From a virus (Duplodnaviria; Caudoviricetes), in the IMG/VR virus record IMGVR_UViG_3300042350_003432, positions 1 through 55,818 of that record: a stretch of 55,818 bases of DNA; one strand, written 5' to 3'. Under the pieces are notes generated by a model. The model was not told where the DNA came from. It saw only the letters and a list, made by a program, of their open reading frames with translations, and made no database searches. Below are positions 39,043 to 48,851 of the stretch, piece after piece (the first letter of the stretch is position 1; every line of letters starts with the position of its first letter). The position numbers and the translations under genes are program-made.

Positions 39043-40743
39043 TTAGTTTTCATCATCAAAATCATCTTTGAAGTCCCAACTTGCTAAAATTCTATGTAAA
39101 TCTTTTGTGTCCTCTTCTCGTAGATCGTTGACTGTTTGATCTAGATCATCCAGATACTCACGATCACCGAATGAGATGATATGTTGAAATCTTTCTTCTC
39201 TTAGTACACAATGAGCAATCCATAAACTCATAACAGTATCATCATGCTTCTCTCTACCAAGCCCCCATAATTCTTGTATTAATGGATCACTTATTTCTTT
39301 ATCAACACTCGTACGGCTAGGAATTATCACTTTCCCATTTTCAAAGAGAACAGATAAAGAGGTTACGCCGTCCCAAGGACTCGCTTTTTTTGCCCCTGTG
39401 GTCAAGTGAGGGCGTAAAGGTAGATCGGAAGTTTGTTTGAGACCTACATAATGCAATTCACCGAATGCGTTTCGTTCTACGGCGACTGCGTAAACTTTGC
39501 CCCTAAATCTTTCATATTCACGAATCACCGCGTTTCTAAGTTCGCTTGTACTCATACCCCGCTTTCTAAACAAACCTAGTAAATAATGATCACCAGTTCG
39601 CCTATCTCTTGCCCAAGTAGTGCCAACAGTAAAATCCGAATCCTTTGTTTCCGCATGTTGTGCATTTTGCACAAGTGAAAAATCCCAACCTTGCACAATA
39701 TCAAACTGATCTTGATTAACATGTTTAGGGACTTCATAAAAACTTAGATTTCTTCCTCTCTCTTGTGCATGTTGCAACCATTCCCATTTAAAGGCCGCCG
39801 CCGTATCGTCTTGAACTTGGTTTAAAAATTCTCTTGCGAACATTTGTGATCCAATAGTCATGCGTTCTTCCATGAGCATTTCAAAAGGCCTATGTTCCTT
39901 CCATAAAACTACCGGTTCGCCTACTACCTTTACGCCGGTTATTCTTGATTTACCATTGATTTCTTTTGTCTCATATTCATAATGTTCAGGCCACTTGATA
40001 ATTGCGGGATCTTCTTGAACTGACCATGTTGCATCAACTTTTAAATGTCCGTAGAGATCATCGTGATGCTTCCTAGTCCCAATTACAATCATAAGGCCCC
40101 CAGGTTCTAACATTGGTTGAACAGTACCCCGAAACCATCTTCTAGTTTTCTCTCTACTTGTTTGTGAATAGACTGTGTCATCATCCTCTAAGTCGTCCGC
40201 TAGGATAATATCAAAATGCGCCCCTGTGATTGCGCCCCCCGCCCCAATTGCTTGAATAGTAGGATCAACACTATGATTTTTTCTTTTTACATAGATTTGT
40301 CTTTGTGTCCAGCTTTCGCCGCCCCCTTCAAATGGTAAACAGCCCGCATCTTGATCACTTGCCCAATCTTCTATAATTCGATCACTCTTTAAAAGTTCTT
40401 TCACGCGGGACATACGGCGCTCCGCCTGTGGGGCGCTTGCACATATCCACAAGATACGCACATCCCTGTTTAAACAAATTGCACGAAGGGCATACGTTAC
40501 CGCTAGTTCAGTTTTACCATGAGAACGAGGGGCAAGTAATAGGATTCTATTTTTACGCCTCTCTTTGATTGCTTGATTGCGTTCATCCTCTAATCGTTTA
40601 AGCCATTGCACGCGGTGCTTTGCGTATTGCATACCACAATAATAAACATCAAAGAAAACCGGCGAATGTGCAGCTAATAATCTACGTTCAGCCGGCGTAC
40701 TAGGCAAAATCATTTTATTTGACAAACTTTGATTGTTTGGCAT
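39043..40743 (-). CDS. terL: terminase large subunit
   Basis: APRSHGKT Walker A, DIILADD Walker B, IGTR, GWD nuclease Asp, HDD; start could be 40713. Confidence 0.93.
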   Translation of the reverse strand: MPNNQSLSNKMILPSTPAERRLLAAHSPVFFDVYYCGMQYAKHRVQWLKRLEDERNQAIKERRKNRILLLAPRSHGKTELAVTYALRAICLNRDVRILWICASAPQAERRMSRVKELLKSDRIIEDWASDQDAGCLPFEGGGESWTQRQIYVKRKNHSVDPTIQAIGAGGAITGAHFDIILADDLEDDDTVYSQTSREKTRRWFRGTVQPMLEPGGLMIVIGTRKHHDDLYGHLKVDATWSVQEDPAIIKWPEHYEYETKEINGKSRITGVKVVGEPVVLWKEHRPFEMLMEERMTIGSQMFAREFLNQVQDDTAAAFKWEWLQHAQERGRNLSFYEVPKHVNQDQFDIVQGWDFSLVQNAQHAETKDSDFTVGTTWARDRRTGDHYLLGLFRKRGMSTSELRNAVIREYERFRGKVYAVAVERNAFGELHYVGLKQTSDLPLRPHLTTGAKKASPWDGVTSLSVLFENGKVIIPSRTSVDKEISDPLIQELWGLGREKHDDTVMSLWIAHCVLREERFQHIISFGDREYLDDLDQTVNDLREEDTKDLHRILASWDFKDDFDDEN

Positions 40744-40746
40744 ACT
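40719..40746 (+). promoter_or_regulatory. possible sigma70 promoter for the transglycosylase-clamp operon
   Basis: TTGACA-16-CATACT overlapping the terL 5' end. Confidence 0.45.
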
Positions 40747-40781
40747 AGATAAACCCTTTCAACCTCTATAAAGGCTTAAAA

Positions 40782-41258
40782 ATGCTTTGTTATATCATGA
40801 TCTTATCACTTTTTACACATGATCAATCAATCGACTATTCAAAAAAACTAAGTAAAACTTTTCAAAATAGATTGAAAACGTGTAAGATGGTCGCCCAAGA
40901 AGCGAAGAATCAGGCTATTGACCCAGTCTTAGCAGTTTCAATCGCATTCAATGAATCTAAGTTTACACAAGACGCAATCGCTTTTGATAACAAAGGTTTT
41001 GGACCTATGCAGGCAACCCCCCGCCTATGGTGCGAAAACAAAAAACTTGAGAATTGCGACTTGATCAAGGCCGGCGTAACAGCCCTTAGAACCTATTTAG
41101 AAATTCATGATGGTGATGAGTTTCAAGCGGTCAAGGCATATGCAGGCAAGGGCGAAAAGGCGCATAAGTACGCCCGCCGTATCCTTAGAATCAAGGCTAA
41201 AACAATCAACCTTTTAGAAGGAATTCAAGATGAAGATCTCATTATCATTGAAAACTAA
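40782..41258 (+). CDS. lytic transglycosylase (SLT domain) with N-terminal hydrophobic segment
   Basis: IAFNESKF catalytic Glu, GPMQ, A..AY motifs. Confidence 0.8.
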   Translation: MLCYIMILSLFTHDQSIDYSKKLSKTFQNRLKTCKMVAQEAKNQAIDPVLAVSIAFNESKFTQDAIAFDNKGFGPMQATPRLWCENKKLENCDLIKAGVTALRTYLEIHDGDEFQAVKAYAGKGEKAHKYARRILRIKAKTINLLEGIQDEDLIIIEN

Positions 41259-42342
41259 TATCAAAGCTATCAAAGAAATCATCGCCGTAGCAAAACGCAA
41301 GAAGACGCCTGATTATTTATCGTTCGTTCATGTTGATTGTGTTGTTGTTGGCGCTGATCGCTTTGTGCGTCTGTCCGCTACCGATCTTGAAACTACGATC
41401 ACACATAAACTTGTTGATTGTGATTTTGTTGGTGATGCGTCTTTTAGTACCTTGATTCATCATGATGCATTGGCCAAGTTACTACCAACATACAAGACTA
41501 TTGATATCATTGACGACAAGATCAAGGCCGGACAAGCTGAAATCACGCATCAAATCCTTGATTCAAGAGACTATGCAGACATTTTAAACGATATTCAAGG
41601 GATCAAGGGGCAAGACGGCGCCTACGCCCTTACTGATGATGATATTATTGAGCTTAGAACCGCTTTATCTACCGCCCTTATTGCATCATCAAACGAAGAA
41701 TCAAGAGTCCGCCTATGTAGTGTGTACTTATCCACAAATGAAGAGGGGTTTCTAATCGCTACCGCTACCGATGGACACAGATTGACAATCTACAAAACAG
41801 GCATCAAAACAAGTTTAAATGCGCTACTTCCAAAAGGTCAAGTTCCTCTTCTTTGTGACGTGCTCAATGGTAACTTTGATGTAAAGATTTGGGCAACAAA
41901 GAGTATGTTATACATATCAAGGGGGCAAGATTTCATTTTAGCCGTCCGCTTGATTGCTGAAGATTTCCCAGATACTTCTAAAATTATTCCTAAGAACAAT
42001 GAGTACTTGATTACATTCAACAGCGCTCATCTATTTAGTATCAAAGAAGCTTTGTTATTTGCACAGGATAAAGCGGGGGCGGGTATCACTTTGAAACACC
42101 AAAAAGAAGGTAACAAATTATTTATCAGTCTCAAAGATGCAAATACAACCGGTTTGACATATGAGTCAAAAGATGAAGGATTTGAGCGTATTGATTACTC
42201 TATTTGCTTTTCACCTAAGTATCTTTTAGACGCCCTACAAAATACGCCAACCATGCTCGCCGGTCATAGTGAGTTTTCCCCTGTACTTTGTATAGAAGAG
42301 ACAGGCAAGATCATGAATATTTTGATGGCTAGACGTGGCTAA
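41230..42342 (+). CDS. dnaN: DNA sliding clamp (Pol III beta-like)
   Basis: LSATDLE, ATDGHRL, FPD..KIIP, FSPKYLLDAL, LM.R; 370 aa. Confidence 0.9.
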   Translation: MKISLSLKTNIKAIKEIIAVAKRKKTPDYLSFVHVDCVVVGADRFVRLSATDLETTITHKLVDCDFVGDASFSTLIHHDALAKLLPTYKTIDIIDDKIKAGQAEITHQILDSRDYADILNDIQGIKGQDGAYALTDDDIIELRTALSTALIASSNEESRVRLCSVYLSTNEEGFLIATATDGHRLTIYKTGIKTSLNALLPKGQVPLLCDVLNGNFDVKIWATKSMLYISRGQDFILAVRLIAEDFPDTSKIIPKNNEYLITFNSAHLFSIKEALLFAQDKAGAGITLKHQKEGNKLFISLKDANTTGLTYESKDEGFERIDYSICFSPKYLLDALQNTPTMLAGHSEFSPVLCIEETGKIMNILMARRG

Positions 42343-42366
42343 CATTTAAAAAAGTTATTATTTACA

Positions 42367-43374
42367 ATGAAAACTAATCAAATTTATCATGGTGATTGTC
42401 TTGACCTCATGCCGTCAATTCCCAGTAAATCGGTTGATATGATCCTTTGCGATTTGCCTTATGGAACAACGGCTTGTGAATGGGATTCGATAATTGATAT
42501 GGGTAGACTATGGGAGCAATATGAGAGAGTGATCAAAGATAACGGGAATATCATTTTAACAAGTCAAGGCATGTTCACAGCTAAATTGATGGTTTACAAA
42601 GAGGCATGGTTTAATCACGATTATGTATGGATTAAGAACATCCAATCTAATTTTGCTTTAACAGGATACCAACCGCATAGAATATTTGAAAATGTTTTAG
42701 TGTTTAGACCACCTAGAAAAGAAGATTTAAATATTCAATTCAATTTAGAGCTTCGTACTTATTCTCATAAGATATTATCTTTTATCAATATGCCAAGTAA
42801 AAAGATTTGTGAGAAATTGGGCAATAGGAAAGCAGAACACTTCTTTTACTATAACAGCTCACAATTTGGATTGTGTACAAAAGAAACATATCAAGAGTTG
42901 ATCGAGCATTTCAAGATTGACCAGATGCAGGGCTTTTTGAATTATGAAACTTTGCAATCTATGAATCCCCCTTTCACTTTTAACTTTGATGATCGTATTA
43001 AAAGTACAAAGCAAAAAATAAAAGCTAATTTTGACATAAGAATGTACGGTGATACTAATAAAAAAGAAACAAGATATGTAGAAAAAGCATACGAAAATTA
43101 TCCAAGAAATACATTATATTTTGATCGAGAAATAGGATTACACCCAACACAGAAACCGGTATCCCTGTTTGAATATTTAATAAGAACCTACAGCAATGAA
43201 AATGAAGTAGTCTTAGATAATTGCAGCGGTTCAGGGACTACAGCGATAGCGTGTTTAAATAGTAATAGGCAATATATTTGCATAGAAAAAGATGAAGCAT
43301 ACTACAAGAAATCACTTGAACGCGTAGCAAATCATGAACCTCTTTTAAATTTACAAAATATCAATGAAAACTAA
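42367..43374 (+). CDS. site-specific DNA methyltransferase (N6-A/N4-C, beta class)
   Basis: GDCL, DLPY, HPTQKPV, VLDNCSGSGTT. Confidence 0.92.
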   Translation: MKTNQIYHGDCLDLMPSIPSKSVDMILCDLPYGTTACEWDSIIDMGRLWEQYERVIKDNGNIILTSQGMFTAKLMVYKEAWFNHDYVWIKNIQSNFALTGYQPHRIFENVLVFRPPRKEDLNIQFNLELRTYSHKILSFINMPSKKICEKLGNRKAEHFFYYNSSQFGLCTKETYQELIEHFKIDQMQGFLNYETLQSMNPPFTFNFDDRIKSTKQKIKANFDIRMYGDTNKKETRYVEKAYENYPRNTLYFDREIGLHPTQKPVSLFEYLIRTYSNENEVVLDNCSGSGTTAIACLNSNRQYICIEKDEAYYKKSLERVANHEPLLNLQNINEN

Positions 43375-43475
43375 GAAAGAAAAATAAAAAGTTCTTTGTT
43401 TATCATGCGACTCATTTTGAAAGAAAGTGAGGACTAGACGGGCGAACCTTTAAAAAGTTATTAGGGAGATACAGG

Positions 43476-43883
43476 ATGCAAAAAGAAATGAGCAATGATT
43501 TACAAAGAACACTGATGATTGAAGAGATGATGGAACGGGGCGAAGTTTACGAAGGTTATCGGGAAAATCAAAAGTTCATACTTGAACATAAGCGATTTTA
43601 CAACAAATGCACAAAAGAACGCTTTCTAAGTGAGTTCTCTTACGATTTAACTTGGGGCGAAATTGCTTTAAAACTTGGAATTAGTAAATATTCCGCCCGC
43701 GAACTTGGGATTTATTATGGTATCCATAAGAAACAAAAGAACAAGAATAGAACTGTGACAGATGCACAACTTATAGAAGCATTCAAAGAGTATCCACGTA
43801 AAGCAATCAAAGAGATCAAGGATGATTTGAAATTAAGCTTCTCTACTGTTTGGCGAAGAGCAAAAGAACTAGGCCTACTATGA
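43476..43883 (+). CDS. putative HTH DNA-binding protein
   Basis: Two HTH-like segments: TWGEIALKLGIS and IKEIKDDLKLSFSTVWRRAKELGL; GGGAG RBS. Confidence 0.65.
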   Translation: MQKEMSNDLQRTLMIEEMMERGEVYEGYRENQKFILEHKRFYNKCTKERFLSEFSYDLTWGEIALKLGISKYSARELGIYYGIHKKQKNKNRTVTDAQLIEAFKEYPRKAIKEIKDDLKLSFSTVWRRAKELGLL

Positions 43884-43935
43884 TCAATGATATAGAGAAA
43901 CTAAGCGCCTTATTATATAAGAATTTAGCTACTTT

Positions 43936-46527
43936 TTAAATGATACAAGCGCCGCCCGCACATGCCAGCTCTTGGGCCTGTGTTGTCTCATCTGTGCCCT
44001 CTAAAACGCTATCAAAGTCAACCGCATTGCTTGATCTAAGAGATACCCATAAATCGAATGCTTCCGCCCGTTCTTGCTTCTTTTGGCGTGCTCTCTCTAA
44101 GTCTTGTTCTAGTGTAGTTTTTGAATTGTGTTCTTTGTATGCATGTTCAAGCTGTTCAACCTCATCAAAGTACATGTTCTGATTCTCTATGTGATCATAT
44201 ACCGCTTTGAATGGGGGTTGTTGGTAGTCATAATCGCCGCTCATGCTTAGGAATGATACACCGCAAAAATACTCTTGATTATCAAAGACAAATTCGCCCG
44301 CCTGTTCCCATTCGTTAGGGCGTACGTTGCAAGTATTTGAAACATTATGATCAGAACCTTCAAGGGATTTAGGGCGTGCGTTGCCATTCTTTACCCATGA
44401 ATTATAGACCATCTTAACAAGTGATAAGAATTCTGTTGCTTTGAGATCGTTTTTAAACACGTTTTCGGGGTTGCATTCTACAGCGAAGATCAAACATTTA
44501 TCAGTTCCATTCGCCGCCCATACACTGTTTTTCACCGCTTGGGGGTTAAGTTCCTCAAACTTTTGAACAAGTGCGGAATCGGCGGGAACTTGTACATGTC
44601 TTAGAAACCGGCGGGCGTGTTCGGGGTGAATGCCAGACGCACAGCCCAAAATTACGGAAGCGGTCCCGCTAGGTTTTACACATGTAATTCTAGCCGCCGG
44701 TTTGATACCTATTTTCTTTGAAAATTGCTTATTGATTACGATTGCAAATTCAGCAAGCGACTTGAGCAAAAATGATGCCCGATCTTCTTCATGCTTGAAA
44801 AAGAAAGCGGAATTGGCTAGACCGGTCAACGATACCCCTAACAATGCTTCACGCTCTACAATTTGCTCACTTACAGGGCCTAAGTAGTCTGATTTAGTAT
44901 AACTTGCTTGCAATGTGCCAAGTTTTACAGCGTTCTTAACAGCTATGTAAAACGCATCAATAGAATCAATAGAGAAATCTTTAAATTTGGATGCATTAAC
45001 TTCTGTTAAATTGCACGCTTGCCAGCCGCTCTCAAATGTGTATCCTTGATCTTCGTATTTGGTTCTATTTTCGGGGTTGATAAGATCAAGTGTATATTCG
45101 TCAACAATGTGGCCCGCATTGTCTTTGATGAGCATAGGACACATAGAAATTTCTACGCAATTATGAACAACAACACCATTCGCAATAAAACTATGCGTTT
45201 TGTTTTCTGTGAGATCATAAACTTCTTCTTTAGCAACAAAATCAAAAGAGACTACGGCGGAAACATCAACATTTGAAACATTATCATCTAAGACAACATG
45301 CACAAGATCACCAGGCAACAAATCGCCCGCTTCAATCCAGCCTTTAGAAGTCATGATTTGATGGTTTTTAGTACATTCTACAAAGTATCCATTTTCTAAG
45401 GTTAATTTGTACACGTCTTGAATACCGGTAGAAAATACGCCCTTATCTGTGCTTTCTGAATAAGTCCCTTGCTTAAATCGTGGGTCAATTCGTAAAGATG
45501 TTTTTTGTTTTGCGTCAAATAGTTGCTTGGCTGTCTTGTACCCCTCAGCGGTCAAGATTTTTGTTCTACCACTAACGCATGGATTGAAACAGAACTCTGT
45601 TGACTCGGTAAACACGAATCCAGGTTCGCCCCATTGTGGCACATTGTCTAGGAATTTCTTCATGAAATCTTGTTTGTCAAGTTTATTTTTCAAGGCTACC
45701 GCTGAAATATTGGCCCTTGCTCTATATGGTGCATCTTTCCACCAATTCCCAGTTTTAGCGGTCCACATGTCCGAATCATCCATGCTGAAAATTGCAATGG
45801 TTGCACTTCTACGCACGCCACCAGATAACACACAATCAGACGCAACGCACACGATATCAAGGCAATCAATACTACGTAGAGTCATGCCCGCCCTTGAGAC
45901 AAGTATCTTTTCAATCATTTGTAAACTGAATTTGAGAGGCACGGGCCCGGGCGCTTTACCACCATGAGACAAAGGGGCGCCTTTCTTTCTAATCAGTGAA
46001 TAATTGAAGATGGGCATGGTATCAGATTGACCAAGATAGAACTGAATAAGGGCATCAAGCGCATCAGCCCAGCCCTCAATCGTATCTTTGATCATGAGGA
46101 TCCTCATTTGTGCGTTGTTAATTTGATCAGATGAGATCACAGGGGGCAACTTTGAAACGTGGTGCTTTTGTACAGAATAACCCACGCCACAGCCACACAG
46201 AAGAAGCCATAGTGACTCCGCAAAGAAGCGGGGGCGGTCACAAAATGAAGTAGTACAATTGAAAATGCGCCAAGGCTTATCAAGTATCGCCTTGCCCCCA
46301 AATTGCAATGATCTTTGAGAACCTAGAATATCTTTACGCTTTAGTGAATCTTCGATCTCGTTCAAATCCTCAAAGATTTCAATGTTATCAATGAACTTTG
46401 AGGCGTGCATATTCATAAGCCTATCTACAGACTCGCCCCAGTTCTCACGCCGTCTCTTAGATGGTAGATACTTTGCGTAGGTTTGTTTAAATGTGAAATT
46501 GGCAAGGTTGCTGCGTTGAATATCCAT
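43936..46527 (-). CDS. nrdJ: class II (B12-dependent) ribonucleotide reductase, intein-containing
   Basis: FNC, GCGVG, GGVRRSA, NP[intein]CVE, CNLTE, TCVKPSGT, C-terminal CAGGAC; no nrdB nearby. GGAG RBS favours ATG 46527 (ORF opens at 46542). Confidence 0.9.
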   Translation of the reverse strand: MDIQRSNLANFTFKQTYAKYLPSKRRRENWGESVDRLMNMHASKFIDNIEIFEDLNEIEDSLKRKDILGSQRSLQFGGKAILDKPWRIFNCTTSFCDRPRFFAESLWLLLCGCGVGYSVQKHHVSKLPPVISSDQINNAQMRILMIKDTIEGWADALDALIQFYLGQSDTMPIFNYSLIRKKGAPLSHGGKAPGPVPLKFSLQMIEKILVSRAGMTLRSIDCLDIVCVASDCVLSGGVRRSATIAIFSMDDSDMWTAKTGNWWKDAPYRARANISAVALKNKLDKQDFMKKFLDNVPQWGEPGFVFTESTEFCFNPCVSGRTKILTAEGYKTAKQLFDAKQKTSLRIDPRFKQGTYSESTDKGVFSTGIQDVYKLTLENGYFVECTKNHQIMTSKGWIEAGDLLPGDLVHVVLDDNVSNVDVSAVVSFDFVAKEEVYDLTENKTHSFIANGVVVHNCVEISMCPMLIKDNAGHIVDEYTLDLINPENRTKYEDQGYTFESGWQACNLTEVNASKFKDFSIDSIDAFYIAVKNAVKLGTLQASYTKSDYLGPVSEQIVEREALLGVSLTGLANSAFFFKHEEDRASFLLKSLAEFAIVINKQFSKKIGIKPAARITCVKPSGTASVILGCASGIHPEHARRFLRHVQVPADSALVQKFEELNPQAVKNSVWAANGTDKCLIFAVECNPENVFKNDLKATEFLSLVKMVYNSWVKNGNARPKSLEGSDHNVSNTCNVRPNEWEQAGEFVFDNQEYFCGVSFLSMSGDYDYQQPPFKAVYDHIENQNMYFDEVEQLEHAYKEHNSKTTLEQDLERARQKKQERAEAFDLWVSLRSSNAVDFDSVLEGTDETTQAQELACAGGACII
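45160..45579 (-). mobile_element. mini-intein (140 aa, no homing endonuclease) in RNR
   Basis: Starts CVSGRT; block B CTKNH; ends VYDL...HSFIANGVVVHN before Cys; splits the NPC.E loop. Confidence 0.93.
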
Positions 46528-46604
46528 GTTTATTTTCTCCATGGTTTACAGTGATGAAAGTTCTTAAGTATAATTCTTTAAATGCCAGTAAACAATTTTA
46601 TTTT

Positions 46605-47051
46605 TTATCTTGTGTACTCAAGTTCAATGAGTTCTTGAATTTCCTGATTTACTTCTTTTACTTCTGTTTCAATGGTCAATTGAATCTCTTTCATCTCTTT
46701 TGCGCCCTTGCCTACATAGAAAAACACAAGAGAAAGAGACAATGTAAACAAAGTAAATTCGCCGAAGGTCAGTAGTGAGACAATATCAACAAATAACAGG
46801 GGCAACAAACAGGCAATTAGAAAACAAGTAAAAATTGTTAGCGCCGCTTTTCTTTGTCTATAAAGTTCTTTTTGAACAAATAACAATTTTTGAAGGGTTA
46901 AGCGGTAAACCATTAGATTTAAGAGGTCAACGCCCGCTTGTTTCAAGTTAATTTGTTCGGGGTTGGGATTGATTTCGTTGTCTTGGTCGATCATCGTTTT
47001 TTGTGTCCTTTTTGTGAGTTTCTTTGATCCATTGTTGAACAATCCAGGCAT
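46605..47051 (-). CDS. hypothetical membrane protein (2 TM)
   Basis: Two hydrophobic helices followed by a coiled coil. Confidence 0.65.
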   Translation of the reverse strand: MPGLFNNGSKKLTKRTQKTMIDQDNEINPNPEQINLKQAGVDLLNLMVYRLTLQKLLFVQKELYRQRKAALTIFTCFLIACLLPLLFVDIVSLLTFGEFTLFTLSLSLVFFYVGKGAKEMKEIQLTIETEVKEVNQEIQELIELEYTR

Positions 47052-47825
47052 TCATTTTTGTTCATCCATATTCAATTTTAATTGTGTTTCGGTGAGTCCT
47101 TGGTAATAGACTACTTCTTGTGTTTGTCTTGCTCTACAATTTTGTAAAGATGAGAAAGGTTCAAAAGGTAGCCAATCAGCACCTTGATTCTCACATACGA
47201 TGATCTCACCTTGCCTTTCTTTGCACCATTTACCAAGATGCTTGAAATCAATATTTTTACTTGATTCCTTGTAGCTTTTTCCAGCTAATTGATAAGGAGG
47301 GTCAATAAACCATGTTGCATCTTCATTCTCGATTTCATCGTAACTTTTTTGCTCAATTTTCCAATGTCTTATGTATTCTAATTGATTTGCTATTTTGTTC
47401 TTATTTTGAATCGTCCAACAACAAAAGTTTCTCGGTTTTCTTGTGGTATAATAATCCCCTTCAATTAGAATTTTTGATCTACTTGTATGCTTGATTCCAG
47501 GTTTTGTACTTGTAAGCATAAGCCAGAAACCAATCAAATATTTAGCTTCTTGGCAAATAGGATACTCATCAACAGATTTATCAAAATCAATCAATGGTAA
47601 ACTAAGAAACTCGCTTTCAGATACACTGATTAAGTAATCCCAGATCGAACATATAACATCGTACTTGTCAAACAATTTTACTTGTTTGTGTGGATAGTGT
47701 AATGAGTAACACGCGCTACCTGCAAACGGTTCTATTATCACATTTTTTGTTGGTGCATGGTACTTTTTAGATAATCTATACTTGCTGCCAAAATAACTAA
47801 AGAACGGTTTTAATGGTTTACTCAT
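47052..47825 (-). CDS. DNA adenine methyltransferase (Dam/D12-like alpha class)
   Basis: FFSYFGSK, EPFAGSA, FIDPPY. Confidence 0.85.
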   Translation of the reverse strand: MSKPLKPFFSYFGSKYRLSKKYHAPTKNVIIEPFAGSACYSLHYPHKQVKLFDKYDVICSIWDYLISVSESEFLSLPLIDFDKSVDEYPICQEAKYLIGFWLMLTSTKPGIKHTSRSKILIEGDYYTTRKPRNFCCWTIQNKNKIANQLEYIRHWKIEQKSYDEIENEDATWFIDPPYQLAGKSYKESSKNIDFKHLGKWCKERQGEIIVCENQGADWLPFEPFSSLQNCRARQTQEVVYYQGLTETQLKLNMDEQK

Positions 47826-48112
47826 GTTTCATCCATATTCAAAATAAATTGATTATTGATACCGGTAACAGTGAAATTTGCGTCACTGTTGGCGGGGTGA
47901 ATTTTTACTAGAAACTTGCCACTAACGACCGGATGAAAATCAATTTCCCAGTTATCAAACACGCGGTAAATGTTTTTATCTGTCACCTCTGCAATCATCG
48001 AAGCTGCTTCTATCAAAGAATACATAGATGAAAACTTAGTAGGGATTCCCATTTCTTTTTCATGGTCGCATTTGCGTACAAAGTCTATTTCAAACTTTTC
48101 GGGGGTTCTCAT
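47822..48112 (-). CDS. hypothetical protein
   Basis: GGAG RBS; overlaps with thyX and the methyltransferase. Confidence 0.65.
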   Translation of the reverse strand: MRTPEKFEIDFVRKCDHEKEMGIPTKFSSMYSLIEAASMIAEVTDKNIYRVFDNWEIDFHPVVSGKFLVKIHPANSDANFTVTGINNQFILNMDET

Positions 48113-48818
48113 AGGTTCTCCATAGTTCAGATTTCATGTGTTCTAGTTCTTTTTTAACGTAGATTGATTTGTCTAGTAGCTTCATAGATTCAGGGAATAA
48201 GCCCGCCGTAATATGTTTCACAGCGCTTGCAAACTCTCTAATCTCTTCTTGTGCGTGCTCATCAAGTCTTAGCGTTAAAAAGTGCATAATCGCTTGTAAA
48301 TCAGCCTTCCAGATACAAGAAGAGTACATACCAACGGGCAATTGTACGCGTGCTTGTTCCCTGCATATACCCTGTTCAAGCATCCACTTATAATTATCAT
48401 AGCATGTTCTATAGGTTTCTTCTAGTCTTGCGAAGGCCTCTAGTTCAACATTGTTTTCAATTTGCCCGTAACTTGATTGCTTGCTTGTTGGGTGCTGCTT
48501 TCTCCATAGTACAGGCTTAAAGAACTCTTCTTTGATTTCTACATATCGCCCGCTTACCTCATTCCACGAACAGCCGATAACATGCTTCATCCATTGCCTA
48601 AGAACAAAAATCGGCGCTTTAACTCTAAATTTAATCGTTGCCATTCTAAAGGGTGATGTATGCTCATGCTCCCATAGGTAGTTCATCAGTTTTGCATCTT
48701 TATCAGTGAAATCTTGAGTTTGTGCGCCAAAAGACACGCGGGCGGCGTTTACAATTGCGCAATCATCGCCGAATACGTCGACCAGTTCAACGAATCCTTC
48801 ATATACATTGATTTTCAT
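48090..48818 (-). CDS. thyX: FAD-dependent thymidylate synthase
   Basis: AARVS, H.SPF, RQWMKH, WNEVSGRY, AR..LP, LR...HAQ.EIR. Confidence 0.95.
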   Translation of the reverse strand: MKINVYEGFVELVDVFGDDCAIVNAARVSFGAQTQDFTDKDAKLMNYLWEHEHTSPFRMATIKFRVKAPIFVLRQWMKHVIGCSWNEVSGRYVEIKEEFFKPVLWRKQHPTSKQSSYGQIENNVELEAFARLEETYRTCYDNYKWMLEQGICREQARVQLPVGMYSSCIWKADLQAIMHFLTLRLDEHAQEEIREFASAVKHITAGLFPESMKLLDKSIYVKKELEHMKSELWRTYENPRKV

Positions 48819-48851
48819 TTGTCTGCCTTACTGTTTGCTAGTTTCAAGGAC

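Noticed and set aside
43940-45967. + strand ORFs antisense to nrdJ
   Set aside because: Antisense shadows with no recognisable features.
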